Shown: positions 1 through 9,850, counted from the stretch's first letter. The stretch: 64,000 nucleotides of DNA from Chloroflexota bacterium (GCA_009692845.1 SHYK01000007.1:6631-70630); one strand, 5' to 3'. The notes: generated from the letters alone by a model not told the origin. Translations and numbers: made by a program.

Positions 1-742
1 GTCCGGAAGGCAAGTTGACATCTCGCAGGGCGTCAATGAGCAGATCGCTGAGGTCGCCGGGTGTCTTGCCCCGAAAGAGCCAGTTCACTTCAACAGCGGC
101 CTGGGCGTCGAAGGGCTGCCGCTCTGAGGGGCCGCTGACCTCGAGGTAAAGAAGAGCCGAAGCGGTCGCCGGTAGAGCTTCAGCCAGGCCGAAGACCGCC
201 GGAATCGCTGTCTCGTCGCCAACCAGCAAATACCAGTCAGCACTTGGGTCGAGAGACCGGCGGACCAGCGGCCCAGAGATCTCCATGCGATCACCCGGCC
301 GCGCTGATGAGATCCAACGAACGCCGGGTCCGTCTCCGTGCAGAACAAAGTCGACGTCCAGCAGTTTTTCGATCGGATCGAATCGGCGAGTCGTGTAGTG
401 GCGGTGGGTGGATTGCCCAGTTACTGGTTGACCATCGTCCGAAGGGAAGAACAGCACAAAATCGGCCGCTGCCTCGTGGGTGAATTCCTCTAGGTTTTCG
501 CCGCCGAACCGCACCCGCTTCACGTCAGGCGTGACGTCGACGATTTCGGAGACCGTAACTGACCATAGTGGGCGATCAGGCGGTCTCGCGGTTCGCTGCC
601 CGCCTGGTCCAGACGTTGGGCCGCCTAGGGTTCGTGAGATCCAGCGCTCCTCCCCAGGGTCCCAATACTTGCCGGGTGGTCGCGTGGATGGGGGCGCCGG
701 TGTCGCAGCGGGATCGCTGGGGGCATCGCCTTCAACGTCCAT
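1..742 (-). CDS. Siderophore-interacting protein (FAD-binding SIP/ViuB family); its 3' end runs off the window
   Basis: I translated the minus strand from the ATG at 742-740: ...WSVTVSEIVDVTPDVKRVRFGGENLEEF...HRHYTTRRFDP..LDVDFVLHGDGPGVRWISSARPGDRMEISGP...DWYLLVGDETAIPAV. It stays open to position 1 and is absent from the ORF track because it has no in-window stop. Confidence 0.6.
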   Translation of the reverse strand, partial: MDVEGDAPSDPAATPAPPSTRPPGKYWDPGEERWISRTLGGPTSGPGGQRTARPPDRPLWSVTVSEIVDVTPDVKRVRFGGENLEEFTHEAAADFVLFFPSDDGQPVTGQSTHRHYTTRRFDPIEKLLDVDFVLHGDGPGVRWISSARPGDRMEISGPLVRRSLDPSADWYLLVGDETAIPAVFGLAEALPATASALLYLEVSGPSERQPFDAQAAVEVNWLFRGKTPGDLSDLLIDALRDVNLPSG

Positions 743-1198
743 GCGGGTCTGATCCCGGGGTCCGTCTTGGTGACTCAATGACTGAGATCCTCCTTGATGC
801 GTTCAGAAAATCGACTTGGTGGCGTTCAAGCATGAAAGATGGCTTCGCGGGTCAGCCTCTTGATCTTAAGAGGCGTTAGACGACCGTCCTCTCGCGCTGA
901 AGGCCGTCAGTGGCTCAATGTTTGGCGCGCAGTGCGCCCTATCAGGCGGGCATTTAGGACGCCAGGCTGGGCAGGAAGCGCTTCGCATTCTCGCCGAGCA
1001 GTTTGATCTTGGCGGGTTCGGGCCTGGTAGTTCACGGTGTTCCTCCTGAGTACCCTGCGTGGTTGACGACGAGGCTAAAGCCGTCCGTTGGTGGTCAGTA
1101 TTCCGAGCAATAGGGTTGATGCCGAACTTTCCCGGTCAATTGGCTGACCGATTTTATCCATTGCGAGGGTAAATATGCTCTCAAAAACAGGTTTGCCC

Positions 1199-2221
1199 TC
1201 AGACGCCTTCGATGATGTGTCCGAAAAGCTGACGCAGGCGAGCGGAGTCCTTGGCCGGCAGGGGCGTCCCCAGGATGGTTGCGATGTTTTCTTCAAGATG
1301 GTGGGCGTTCCCCGTTCCAACCACCACCGAGCTAACCGCCTCGGGCGCAATCGCGAACTTGTAACCGGCTACAATGACCGAGCTGACCTCGCCGTGGACC
1401 AGGAATCCCAGCGGATCGTGCTCCGGGAGGGCATCGGCTTCCACCAGCCCGCGCGTCTTCCAGTCCGCGATCAGTGCTTCCAGTTGGTCCGGCTGGACCA
1501 GCTTCACCCGCACGGCGCTCATATTGAGCACCCCCACCCCTCGGGCCGCGGCGGTGGGCAAGATCTCCCGCTCCGCCACCTGATTGAGGATCCCGTACTT
1601 GATCCCGAGCACATCCCAGAGGTCATCCTGCAGAGCGCGCGCGGCCATGTCGTGGGCCGGGTCGCCTCCAGGCCGCATCCGATTGGACTGCCTCGGCCCC
1701 GACGGGGATCCGGCGGCTCGGTTCGGCAACGAACCGGCCGATTGACCCCGCCCGTCTTGACGCTCGGTGAGGCCGAGGAACCGCACCTTTCCCTGCTCTT
1801 TGAGCCGGAGGGCGGTCGGATAGAGCTGCTCGACTACCGCGTCGTAGTCGTCGGGCCCGACGTTGTGGAACATCATGCCGTCGATGTAATCAGTTCGGAG
1901 CCGCCGCAGGCTTTGTTCGAAGGTCGCGACGATCTCTTCAGGTGCCGCCAGAGCGCCCCGGCTGACGATCGTAGCTTTGGTCGCGATCAGGTACTCGGCG
2001 CGCGGCATGTCCTGGAGGGCGTCTCCTACGATTTCCTCCGCGTCAACGTAGGTGGGGGCGGTGTCGATCAGGTTGATCCCGAGATCGAGCGCCCGCCGCA
2101 CTACCCGCTCGGATTCGCGACGGTCCTTATGGGTCGCCTGGCCGAGTCGGCTATCGCCGCCGGTCCCTAGGCTGACGACCGACACTTTGATCCTGGTCCG
2201 GCCCAGCGTCCGGTAGGTCAT
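1199..2221 (-). CDS. Aldo/keto reductase
   Basis: MTYRTLGRTRIKVSVVSLGTGG...RRALDLGINLIDTAPTYVDAEEIVG...LIATK...LRRLRTDYIDGMMFH is the AKR pattern. I took the start at the internal ATG (2221) rather than the ORF maximum at 2287. Confidence 0.85.
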   Translation of the reverse strand: MTYRTLGRTRIKVSVVSLGTGGDSRLGQATHKDRRESERVVRRALDLGINLIDTAPTYVDAEEIVGDALQDMPRAEYLIATKATIVSRGALAAPEEIVATFEQSLRRLRTDYIDGMMFHNVGPDDYDAVVEQLYPTALRLKEQGKVRFLGLTERQDGRGQSAGSLPNRAAGSPSGPRQSNRMRPGGDPAHDMAARALQDDLWDVLGIKYGILNQVAEREILPTAAARGVGVLNMSAVRVKLVQPDQLEALIADWKTRGLVEADALPEHDPLGFLVHGEVSSVIVAGYKFAIAPEAVSSVVVGTGNAHHLEENIATILGTPLPAKDSARLRQLFGHIIEGV

Positions 2222-2362
2222 GTCCAACTGCTGCACCACGCTCCTTTCGCCACGTGGCGGGAATGATAGGGAAACTGTCGTTTGCATGTGCCTCAGGCGT
2301 CTGATAGGTTCTCAAAAGAACGAGGCTTGCATCGGGGTGCACGAGGCGAGGGAGGCAGCGCG

Positions 2363-3433
2363 ATGGGTGAGGTTCTGGGGCTCGGCATCACGCATTACCC
2401 GAACCTGGCCTTCAAGGTGAACCTGGCTGGCCGGATCAATTTGCTCCTCCGTGATCCTGCGCTTCCGGAACGTCTCCGCTCGCCGGAAAACTGGCCGCCC
2501 CCCATGCGCGAGCAATGGGCGAATGACGAGGGTCATGCCCACTCGGCGGCCCACCGACAGGCCATGATTGATGAGTTCCGCAAGGCACGTCACGAACTCG
2601 ACGCCTTCCAGCCTGACTTCATCGTCTTATGGGGCGACGACCAGTATGAGAATTTCCAGGAGGATTGCGTCCCGGCGTTCTCGGTTCTGGCCTACGATTC
2701 GGCGGAGGCGCAGCCCTGGCTGCCCGAGCACGCCCGCGGCCCGAATTCCTGGGATGAGCCCGACGGCCAGCTCTTCACCATCAAAGGCAGCCGGGCGTAC
2801 GGCAAATTCGTGGCTTCGGCGCTCCTGGCCCAGGGCTTCGATATCGCCTACGGCTACAAGCCGCTCCATGCCCCCGGCCTGGGCCATGCCTTCGTCAACT
2901 CGGTTCTCTATCTCGATTGGGATCGTCAAGGCTTTCCCTATCCCCTCGTTCCGATTGCTGTGAACAGCTACGGGAGGACTCTCGTTGGCTCCGGGGGCAA
3001 GCCGCTCATGCCATCCGAAGCCAAAGCGATCGAGTGGGACTTCGATCCCCCTGGTCCCCAGCCGTGGCGCTGCTTCCAGCTCGGCGCCGCGGTCGCTCGG
3101 GCCGCCGCCGAAAGCCCCTGGAAGATCGCGCTCATCGCATCGTCCAGCTGGTCCCATTCCTTCCTGGTCCCCAAGCACGCTCTCATGTACCCCGACGTCG
3201 AGGCGGACCGCCGATTCTACGAAGCGTTGGTCGAGGGCGACTGGGAGGTCTGGCGCCACACTTCAATAGAAGAAGCGGAAGACCGTGGGCATCAGGAGCT
3301 TCTCAACTGGTTCTGTTTGGCCGGCGCCATGGCGGAGCTCGACCGCAAACCCGACTACTCAGTCTTCCTCGAGTCCTGGATCACCAATTCGGACAAAGTC
3401 TTCGCCGTCTTTCGACCATCGCCCAAATCATAG
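2363..3433 (+). CDS. LigB-family (class III extradiol dioxygenase-like) protein
   Basis: The ATG at 2363 is preceded by gagggagg. MGEVLGLGITHYPNL...FQPDFIVLWGDDQYENFQEDCVPAFSV...SSSWSHSF resembles LigB/PF02900-type proteins. The assignment is from memory only. Confidence 0.5.
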   Translation: MGEVLGLGITHYPNLAFKVNLAGRINLLLRDPALPERLRSPENWPPPMREQWANDEGHAHSAAHRQAMIDEFRKARHELDAFQPDFIVLWGDDQYENFQEDCVPAFSVLAYDSAEAQPWLPEHARGPNSWDEPDGQLFTIKGSRAYGKFVASALLAQGFDIAYGYKPLHAPGLGHAFVNSVLYLDWDRQGFPYPLVPIAVNSYGRTLVGSGGKPLMPSEAKAIEWDFDPPGPQPWRCFQLGAAVARAAAESPWKIALIASSSWSHSFLVPKHALMYPDVEADRRFYEALVEGDWEVWRHTSIEEAEDRGHQELLNWFCLAGAMAELDRKPDYSVFLESWITNSDKVFAVFRPSPKS

Positions 3434-3550
3434 TCACGTTTCCTGGGGCTGCGGCCCATCACCCCGCCGAGCAGCGAAGGCTGCATGATGAGCGGCGGGG
3501 GACAAGCCCCCGCCCTACCGGAGGGTCATCAATTTCTGCGAGCTCGATTC

Positions 3551-3599
3551 AAAAAAAAACTGGCCGGTCGCCGAAGGGCGGCCGGCCAGTTTTGTTTTT
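3551..3599. terminator. Bidirectional rho-independent terminator between the convergent LigB-like gene and lon
   Basis: aaaaaaaaa-CTGGCCGG-tcgccgaagggc-CCGGCCAG-ttttgttttt: a perfect 8-bp GC stem flanked by an A-tract and a T-tract. Confidence 0.75.
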
Positions 3600-3615
3600 G
3601 ATCTCCGGGGCTAGA

Positions 3616-5967
3616 CTACGCGGCGACCAACACCTTTGCGGTGCTCTCCACCGCTGGCTCAAGGGCCAGCTTCAGGACCTCGGCCACGTCCCCCACCAGG
3701 TGGATCTGCAGCTCGTCGCGCACCTGGCTGGGCACGTCATCGAGATCGGGTTCATTGCGACGGGGCAGGATGACTTCTTTGAGGCCGGCCCGATGGGCGG
3801 CCAGCAGCTTCTGCTTGACTCCCCCTATCGGGAGCACTTTGCCCTGCAAGGTCACCTCGCCGGTCATCCCAACCTGGCTGCGCACCGGCCGCCCGGTGAG
3901 CAAGCTCGCGAGCGCGGTGGTCATGGTGATCCCAGCCGAGGGGCCATCCTTGGGCACCGCGCCCGCCGGAACGTGGACGTGGAAGCGCTTCCCGGTGAAT
4001 GCCGACGGATCGATGCCGAGGGCCACCGCATGCGAGCGCACATAGGAGAGTGCGATCTGAACCGACTCGGCCATCACGTCGCCCAGCTGACCGGTCACGG
4101 TCAGTCCGGCTTCGCCGTCCATGACCGTCGCCTCGATGAAGAGCACATCGCCGCCCGCGCCGGTGACGGCCAGCCCGGTTGCCACTCCCGGGGTCTCGGT
4201 TCGCTCGGCCACTTCCGGCTCGAAGCGAGGCCGCCCGAGATGCGCCCGAAGATCGGCCTTATCGATCACCACCGGAGCCGGCAGCTCACCGGCGTCGATC
4301 TTGGCCGCTACCTTGCGGAGCAGCTTGCCAATCTGGCGCTCCAGATTACGCACGCCGGCCTCTCGGGTATGACCTTCGATCACGGTCAGCATCGCGTCAT
4401 CCGTGATGGAGACTTCTTCGGCGTCCAGCCCATTGCGCTCGAGCTGGCGGCGGACCAGATGGTCGCGAGCGATAGCCAGCTTCTCCTGGACAGTGTAGCC
4501 ATCGAGCTGAACGATCTCCATGCGGTCCAGCAAGGGACCGGGAATCGTGTCGACCACGTTGGTGGTGGGAATGAACAGCACGTCCGACAAATCCAGATCG
4601 ACTTCCAGGTAATGGTCCCGGAACGTGTGGTTCTGGGCCGGGTCGAGCACCTCCAGCAGCGCGGAAGACGGGTCCCCCCGCCAGTCGCTGCCGACTTTGT
4701 CGATCTCGTCCAGCATGATCACCGGGTTCATCGTGCCGGCTTCCTTCAATGCGCGGGCGATACGGCCAGGAATCGCACCGACGTAGGTGCGCCGGTGGCC
4801 TCGGATTTCCGCCTCATCATGGATACCCCCGAGGGACACCCGGGTGAACTTTCTGCCCAGCGCTCGGGCGACCGATTCACCAAGCGACGTCTTGCCGACG
4901 CCCGGAGGGCCCACCAGCGTGATGATGGCGCCTGAACCACGGCCCTCAACCGGCTGGAGCTTTCGGTTTTCCCGACGTTTCTTCACGGCCAGGAATTCAA
5001 TGATTCGGTCCTTCACGTCGGCTAGGCCGGTGTGGTCCGCATCCAGGATGCGGCGCGCTTCGGCGATGTCGAAGTTGTCGTCGGAACGTTTCCCCCAGGG
5101 CAGCTCGAGCATCCAGTCCAAGTAATTGCGGATCCATCCGTACTCAGGGTTCTGCTCGCTGGTTCGTTCCAAGCGATCCAGCTCGCGCTCGACCTCCTTG
5201 CGGACGTTCTCGGGGAAAGGCGTGTCGGCGATCTTCTGGCGGTACTCCGAGCCGGTTTCGCCGTCGTGGTCGCCCAGCTCCTTCTTGATCGCCGCCATCT
5301 GCTCGCGCAGGTAGTATTCGCGCTGGCGCTTCTCGAGGCCCTCGTTCACTTCACTGCGGATCTTCTCTTTGAGCGAAGCACCGGCCAGGCGGTCCCGGCT
5401 CCAGGCGATCAGCTTCTCGAGTCGTGCCATGACATCGCGCTCTTCGAGGATTTCCACCTGTTGCTGAACGCTCAGGTCGGGCGAATAGCCGGACAGGTCG
5501 GCCAGCTCACCGGGATGCTCGACTCCCCGCAACATTCGAGCGATGTGGCGGGAACCACGCAGATCGAGGAGATTTTCCAGGATGGCACGATACTCGTTGC
5601 CCAGCGCCTTTACCTTACCCGGGAGCTCAGCAAGCTCCGGGTCGGGGGCCGGCTCGACGGTGATCCAGAGTGCACCGGTTCGCTCGACGGCGGCCCCATT
5701 CAAAATACCCCGATAGAGGCCGTGGATCGCGCTCGCTTCCCGTCCGTCCGGCAAGCGGCCAGTCTCTTCGATACTTGCAATGGTCCCGATCTTGGCATAG
5801 CGGCCATCGATCCGAGGAACCAGAAGGACCATGCCGCTGCTCTGACGAGAAGCGTTGATGGCCGCACGCGCAGCGTCCGACTCGAGAGCCACCGGCACGG
5901 CCATGTGGGGCAAAATCACCCGGTCGTCCAGGGCAAGTAATGGAAGCAGTACTTCTTTTTCCGACAT
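3616..5967 (-). CDS. lon: ATP-dependent Lon protease (LonA type)
   Basis: 783 aa with an N-terminal LON domain, Walker [10 protein letters not shown], and the protease serine motif [11 protein letters not shown]. ggagga lies upstream of the ATG. Confidence 0.95.
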   Translation of the reverse strand: MSEKEVLLPLLALDDRVILPHMAVPVALESDAARAAINASRQSSGMVLLVPRIDGRYAKIGTIASIEETGRLPDGREASAIHGLYRGILNGAAVERTGALWITVEPAPDPELAELPGKVKALGNEYRAILENLLDLRGSRHIARMLRGVEHPGELADLSGYSPDLSVQQQVEILEERDVMARLEKLIAWSRDRLAGASLKEKIRSEVNEGLEKRQREYYLREQMAAIKKELGDHDGETGSEYRQKIADTPFPENVRKEVERELDRLERTSEQNPEYGWIRNYLDWMLELPWGKRSDDNFDIAEARRILDADHTGLADVKDRIIEFLAVKKRRENRKLQPVEGRGSGAIITLVGPPGVGKTSLGESVARALGRKFTRVSLGGIHDEAEIRGHRRTYVGAIPGRIARALKEAGTMNPVIMLDEIDKVGSDWRGDPSSALLEVLDPAQNHTFRDHYLEVDLDLSDVLFIPTTNVVDTIPGPLLDRMEIVQLDGYTVQEKLAIARDHLVRRQLERNGLDAEEVSITDDAMLTVIEGHTREAGVRNLERQIGKLLRKVAAKIDAGELPAPVVIDKADLRAHLGRPRFEPEVAERTETPGVATGLAVTGAGGDVLFIEATVMDGEAGLTVTGQLGDVMAESVQIALSYVRSHAVALGIDPSAFTGKRFHVHVPAGAVPKDGPSAGITMTTALASLLTGRPVRSQVGMTGEVTLQGKVLPIGGVKQKLLAAHRAGLKEVILPRRNEPDLDDVPSQVRDELQIHLVGDVAEVLKLALEPAVESTAKVLVAA

Positions 5968-6041
5968 TTCGATCCTCCAGGCCCTCGATTGGGCTGAAGA
6001 CAGTATACATCAATGATTTAGTACCTAAAGTGTTTGTAACC

Positions 6042-6070
6042 TAGACTATCGACCAGTTTATCCATATAAT
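6042..6070 (+). promoter_or_regulatory. Candidate sigma70-type promoter of the MarR gene (-35 TAGACT, 17-bp spacer, -10 TATAAT)
   Basis: TATAAT at 6065-6070 ends 6 nt before the GTG at 6077, which suggests a leaderless or near-leaderless transcript. It lies in an AT-rich divergent lon/marR intergenic region. Confidence 0.3.
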
Positions 6071-6076
6071 GGCAGC

Positions 6077-6535
6077 GTGAATAGCTCGTTGAGGACTCCA
6101 TCCCCAGGGGCGATGCCGCTAGCCGACCGGGTCTGGGGCCTGCTGATCCAGGTCTCGCTCGATCGGGTGCATCGGCATTTCGCTCTAACCGCAGCCGAGC
6201 TCGAGCTGGCCCCGGCTCAGGCGCTGGCGCTCCAGCAGCTACAGACGGATTGCCCGATTTCCATGCGCGAGCTGGCGGCTCGCCTGAAATGCGATCCGTC
6301 CAATATCACCGGTCTGATCGACCGACTCGAAATTCGCGGCCTGGTCGAGCGTCGAGCCCATCCGGCCGACCGACGGGTCAAATATTTGTTGCTCACCGGG
6401 GCGGGGCAGGATTTGCGCGAACGCCTGGAAGCCAGACTCTTTAGCGCGCCCCGTTTCATTTCAGAGCTGCTCGAGCACGAACAAGCCGCACTGAGCAAGC
6501 TGTTGGCCGAGATTCTGGGCGAGCGGCGGACGTAG
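6077..6535 (+). CDS. MarR family transcriptional regulator
   Basis: LAPAQALALQQL...PISMRELAARLKCDPSNITGLIDRLEIRGLVERRAHPADRRVKYLLLTGAG is a winged-HTH MarR signature. Confidence 0.85.
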   Translation: MNSSLRTPSPGAMPLADRVWGLLIQVSLDRVHRHFALTAAELELAPAQALALQQLQTDCPISMRELAARLKCDPSNITGLIDRLEIRGLVERRAHPADRRVKYLLLTGAGQDLRERLEARLFSAPRFISELLEHEQAALSKLLAEILGERRT

Positions 6536-6727
6536 GTCGCCGCCAGACTGGTGTCGTGAGTCAGGAATCCCCGGACGAAGGTCGGCCAGCCCACAATCGC
6601 ACCCCCCACCGCGGTGCCTGGTCCTCCGGGCGGCAGCCGTCCTCTCCGGTACCTCCGTACCCTACCATTGCAAGCGGTGACCGGCCGAGGGCTGTGCCTC
6701 GGGCATGGCAATGGGCTGTTTAAGCTC

Positions 6728-7308
6728 TCATCTGCCTACCAGCAACTGCTCAACGTACCGCGCAACGAGATCCGTTTCCAGATTTGCCCGGTCCCCAACC
6801 TTCCTAAGCATTAGGTTCGTATGCCGCTGGGTGTGCTGAACCAAAGAGACTGAAAACGACCGGCTAGTTTTGGCAATTACGGTCAACGAGACGCCATCTA
6901 CGCAGACTGGCCCCTTCAACGCGATGTAACGGAGGTATTCCGGGCCAACCGAGTATTCCACGACGACAGCTTCTCCGTCGGGCTCCACACGATCTATCAC
7001 ACAAGTAGTCTCGACAACCCCGCGAACAAGGTGTCCCGAAAGCCGGTCAATTGGCCGAACGGAGCGCTCCCCAGGTTTATCGCCTCGTCAGGCACCAGGT
7101 TTGCCAGGTTCGACCTGCGAAATGTCTCTGGCATCCCGTCGAACGTTAGCAAGCTTCCGTCGCAGTCTCGGACTGTCAGGTCCACGCCATTGACGGCTAT
7201 TGAGTCACCCAGTTTGACGTCAGCTGCAACAACGTCAGCGCTCACCACCAAGCAGCCCTGATCCGAACTCTCCACGCGGCCGACTTCCTCAACAATGCCC
7301 GTGAACAT
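6728..7308 (-). pseudogene. ribE: Riboflavin synthase alpha chain, interrupted by a 1-nt frameshift
   Basis: The N-terminal half MFTGIVEEVG...GDSIAVNGVDLTV...EAINL lies in ORF 6997..7431. The C-terminal half VIDRVEPDG...GPVCVDGVSLTV lies in ORF 6728..7000. Reading the -1 frame across 7000-7075 gives ERSVRPIDRLSGHLVRGVVETTCVIDRVEPDG, which joins the two halves. The shift sits at the run cccc at 7069-7072 (gggg on the coding strand). Confidence 0.8.
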
Positions 7309-7720
7309 ATCCCCCCCAAAACCCTGGCCGGCGACACTTGGCTCGCCTGGTGAGTTTGGACCCCTCTCGCGCTGGTGCGTGAACACTCGCCAGTAGAGCA
7401 CAAGCGGGACGGCCAGTCCAATCTGAGCCATCGACAGAGTGCTCGGAGTGCCGAGCCGTCAGCCAGCGCGAGCGACCCTGGGGTCGATCAGCGCGCTGGC
7501 AAGCGGGGACGCCACGCGAATCGATAAGGTTGCCGCCCACCAGGACCGCGAGCAAATCACGTCGGGCTCTAGGCTTGCCAACTGCACTTCGCGACGTCCG
7601 AACGGCCTGATGGGTCGAGCCGTATTAGCTGGAGCCGGGGCGGGCGATTGCTGCGAGTCGTTTCGGAGGTCAGCCCCAGGCGATAGCCTCGGAGTCGGCA
7701 CCATACCTACGAGGCATAGA

Positions 7721-8620
7721 ATGCTGCTCATGAAGCGAGACTTCCTTGCCCTAAACAGCCTCACGTCGGATACCGTCACGCGGTTGCTGGATAGCGCACA
7801 AGTCTTCAGCCGAGCGTTTACCGACAGGTCGATGCCTCAGCTACTGGCGGGAAAGTCCGTCGCGATCTGGTTCCCAGATTCCGGATTCCGGAACCGTGTT
7901 GCCTTCGACCTGGGCGTTCAACTCATGGGTGGCAAAGTCACACACGTTCCTGGTGAGCTCGGTGAGCGAGAAGATCCTGCGGATGTCGGTGCCTACCTCT
8001 CCAACTGGTTCGACGCCATAGTGGTGCGCGCGCCTGATATCGCTCGGGTCCGTGAGCTGGCGCGAGGCGCCTCGATCCCGGTCATTAATGGGCGTACGAG
8101 CCACAATCACCCCTGCGAAATCCTTGGCGACCTGGCCTTTATCCAGTCCGCAAGGGGCAGCCTCAGCGGCCTGCAAGTCGCTTTCGTGGGGCCCGCTGGC
8201 AATATCTGCCACTCCTGGTTCGAGGCGTCCGCTACTCTTCCAATTCACGTCACCCAAGTTTGCCCGCCGGGCTTTGAGGCATCAGAGACCTTTCTCTCAG
8301 AGCTACGTGAAAGCGCGGCCGGTGAGATGACCACTACCCCGGATATCTACGGTGCGCTCAAGCACGCGGACGTGATTTGTACCGATACGTGGCCTGGTGG
8401 GATCCCCGAAATCGCGGACCAATTTCGTCCGTACCAGATCACTGCGGAAATACTCGCGCCCATACCACAAGAATGCCTGTTCCTCCCGTGTCCACCAGTC
8501 CACCGCGGAGAAGAGGTCGACGCCGGCGCCATGATGGACCCCCGCTGTCGAGTCACCCAGGCCAAAGCGTTCTTGCTCCATGCCCAGAACGCGTTGCTTG
8601 CGGAGCTCACCGATGCATAG
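7721..8620 (+). CDS. Aspartate/ornithine carbamoyltransferase-family protein with non-canonical motifs
   Basis: The OTCase/ATCase fold pattern is present (LAGKSVAIWF..., HPCEILGDL, LQVAFVGPAGN). However STRTR is replaced by SGFRNR, DxWxSMG by DTWPGG, and HCLP by PCPP. I took the start at ATG 7721 (MLLMKRDF). Confidence 0.65.
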   Translation: MLLMKRDFLALNSLTSDTVTRLLDSAQVFSRAFTDRSMPQLLAGKSVAIWFPDSGFRNRVAFDLGVQLMGGKVTHVPGELGEREDPADVGAYLSNWFDAIVVRAPDIARVRELARGASIPVINGRTSHNHPCEILGDLAFIQSARGSLSGLQVAFVGPAGNICHSWFEASATLPIHVTQVCPPGFEASETFLSELRESAAGEMTTTPDIYGALKHADVICTDTWPGGIPEIADQFRPYQITAEILAPIPQECLFLPCPPVHRGEEVDAGAMMDPRCRVTQAKAFLLHAQNALLAELTDA

Positions 8621-9082
8621 AGCCCTTCATCGTCGCGAACTCCCTCAACAGGGACCCACGCGAATGGCCTCTTGGAGGGCTCTGCCTGACTCCCCGCTAG
8701 ACGGCCCAGGCCGAGCCACGCAAGCTTTCATGGCACACGGTCTCCTTGGTTTTCGAGAAGCCGAGCGCCACTTGTCCGAGCTTCCCTACGGGCGAACCAG
8801 TGACCGCGCCGGCTTTGAGCTTGTGCTCGCTGAGGGCCGAGGCACTTGCAGCACCAAGTCTTCGGCACTGGGCCACCTCATCGGATTCGGCTCGCCACCT
8901 CGGATTTGACGCGCTGTGGCACGTCCGCGAGAACTGTATTGCCGCCATCTCTGAATGACCGGTGCCGGTGCCCCTGTGGGTCTGTCGAATATGCACGGGA
9001 TTGCGTCACAGGTGGACCGTACCGGGTGGGGCTGGTCGGCTTCTTCAACGGATTCCCAAATCACCACACTAGCCTTTCGGCG

Positions 9083-9850
9083 CTACATGGCGACCGCCAC
9101 AATGAACATTCGGCGGAATGGGAATAGAGTGCGGCCGTCGGGACACATCGGATACGCCTGACGGACCAGGTCGGCGTAGTGGGCCTCGAACTGTGTTTTC
9201 CACGGCTCATCGAGGGCGTCGAGCAAGGGCTTGAGCCAGGTTCCTTTGGTCCACTCTTTCACCGGGTCCGGGCCTTCGAGAACCTGGAGGTACTCGGTCT
9301 CCCAGATGTCGACCGAGGCCGCCCGAGTAGCGAGCAGGTCAAAATAAAAGTCGGGGTCGTTGACCGGCGCCGGCCGCAAGAGCGGTTCCAAGGTTGCCAG
9401 CCAGGGACCCGTCCGAGCCGCTTCTGAGATGGCCAGATGCGAAGGGGCAGCGAAGTTTCTGGGCATCTGCACAGCCAGCACACCCCCGGCCGCGAGATCC
9501 CCCAGGAGCGCCGGGAAAAGTCGATCGTGCCCGTCCAGCCAGTGCAGGGCCGCGTTCGAGTAGATCACGTTAGCCGGTGTGGACGGCTGCCAACGCCCCA
9601 GATCCGCCTGCTGCCAATGGATATTCGGCCCGTCCGCCTGGGCCTTGACCAGCATCTCCTCTGAAGCATCCACCCCGGTCACCGCGGCGTTGGGCCAGCG
9701 GGCCTGGAGAAGTCGGGTCGCGTTTCCAGTCCCGGCCCCCAGGTCGTAGACGTCGGACGGATCGTCGAAATCGATTCGGTTCAGGAGATCGACCGCCGGC
9801 CGCAGCCGATAGTCAGCGAATTTCAGGTATTGGGCCGGATCCCACGGCAA
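9083..9850 (-). CDS. tam: Trans-aconitate 2-methyltransferase-like SAM-dependent methyltransferase
   Basis: WDPAQYLKFADYRLRPAVDLLNRI...VYDLGAGTGNATRLL...SNAALHWLDGHDRLF is the Tam pattern. It uses a TTG start. Confidence 0.8.
   Translation of the reverse strand: MPWDPAQYLKFADYRLRPAVDLLNRIDFDDPSDVYDLGAGTGNATRLLQARWPNAAVTGVDASEEMLVKAQADGPNIHWQQADLGRWQPSTPANVIYSNAALHWLDGHDRLFPALLGDLAAGGVLAVQMPRNFAAPSHLAISEAARTGPWLATLEPLLRPAPVNDPDFYFDLLATRAASVDIWETEYLQVLEGPDPVKEWTKGTWLKPLLDALDEPWKTQFEAHYADLVRQAYPMCPDGRTLFPFRRMFIVAVAM

Noticed and set aside
955-1030. A minus-strand remnant, EPAKIKLLGENAKRFLPSLAS*, resembling the C-terminal helix of amidohydrolase-family proteins.
   Set aside because: It is only about 24 aa, with no upstream continuation in any frame. 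It is too short to call as a feature, so I mention it only under the genome-decay observation.
2917-4935. A 672-aa plus-strand ORF, with similar long ORFs at 1175-2170, 5032-5940, 35063-35869, 43174-44136 and 63389-63994.
   Set aside because: All lie antisense to, or out of frame with, genes that have strong family signatures (lon, AKR, TagA, purH, RCC1). Their translations are Arg/Pro/Gly-rich low-complexity sequence typical of shadow ORFs in high-GC DNA.
8620-9083. A possible decayed gene between the carbamoyltransferase-like gene and tam. MAHGLLGFREAERHLSELPYGRTSDRAGFELVLAEGRGTCSTK... runs from ATG 8731, with continuation-like segments in the other two frames.
   Set aside because: I cannot place the sequence in any family with confidence, and the frame-hopping reconstruction is unconvincing by eye. 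I left it unannotated.
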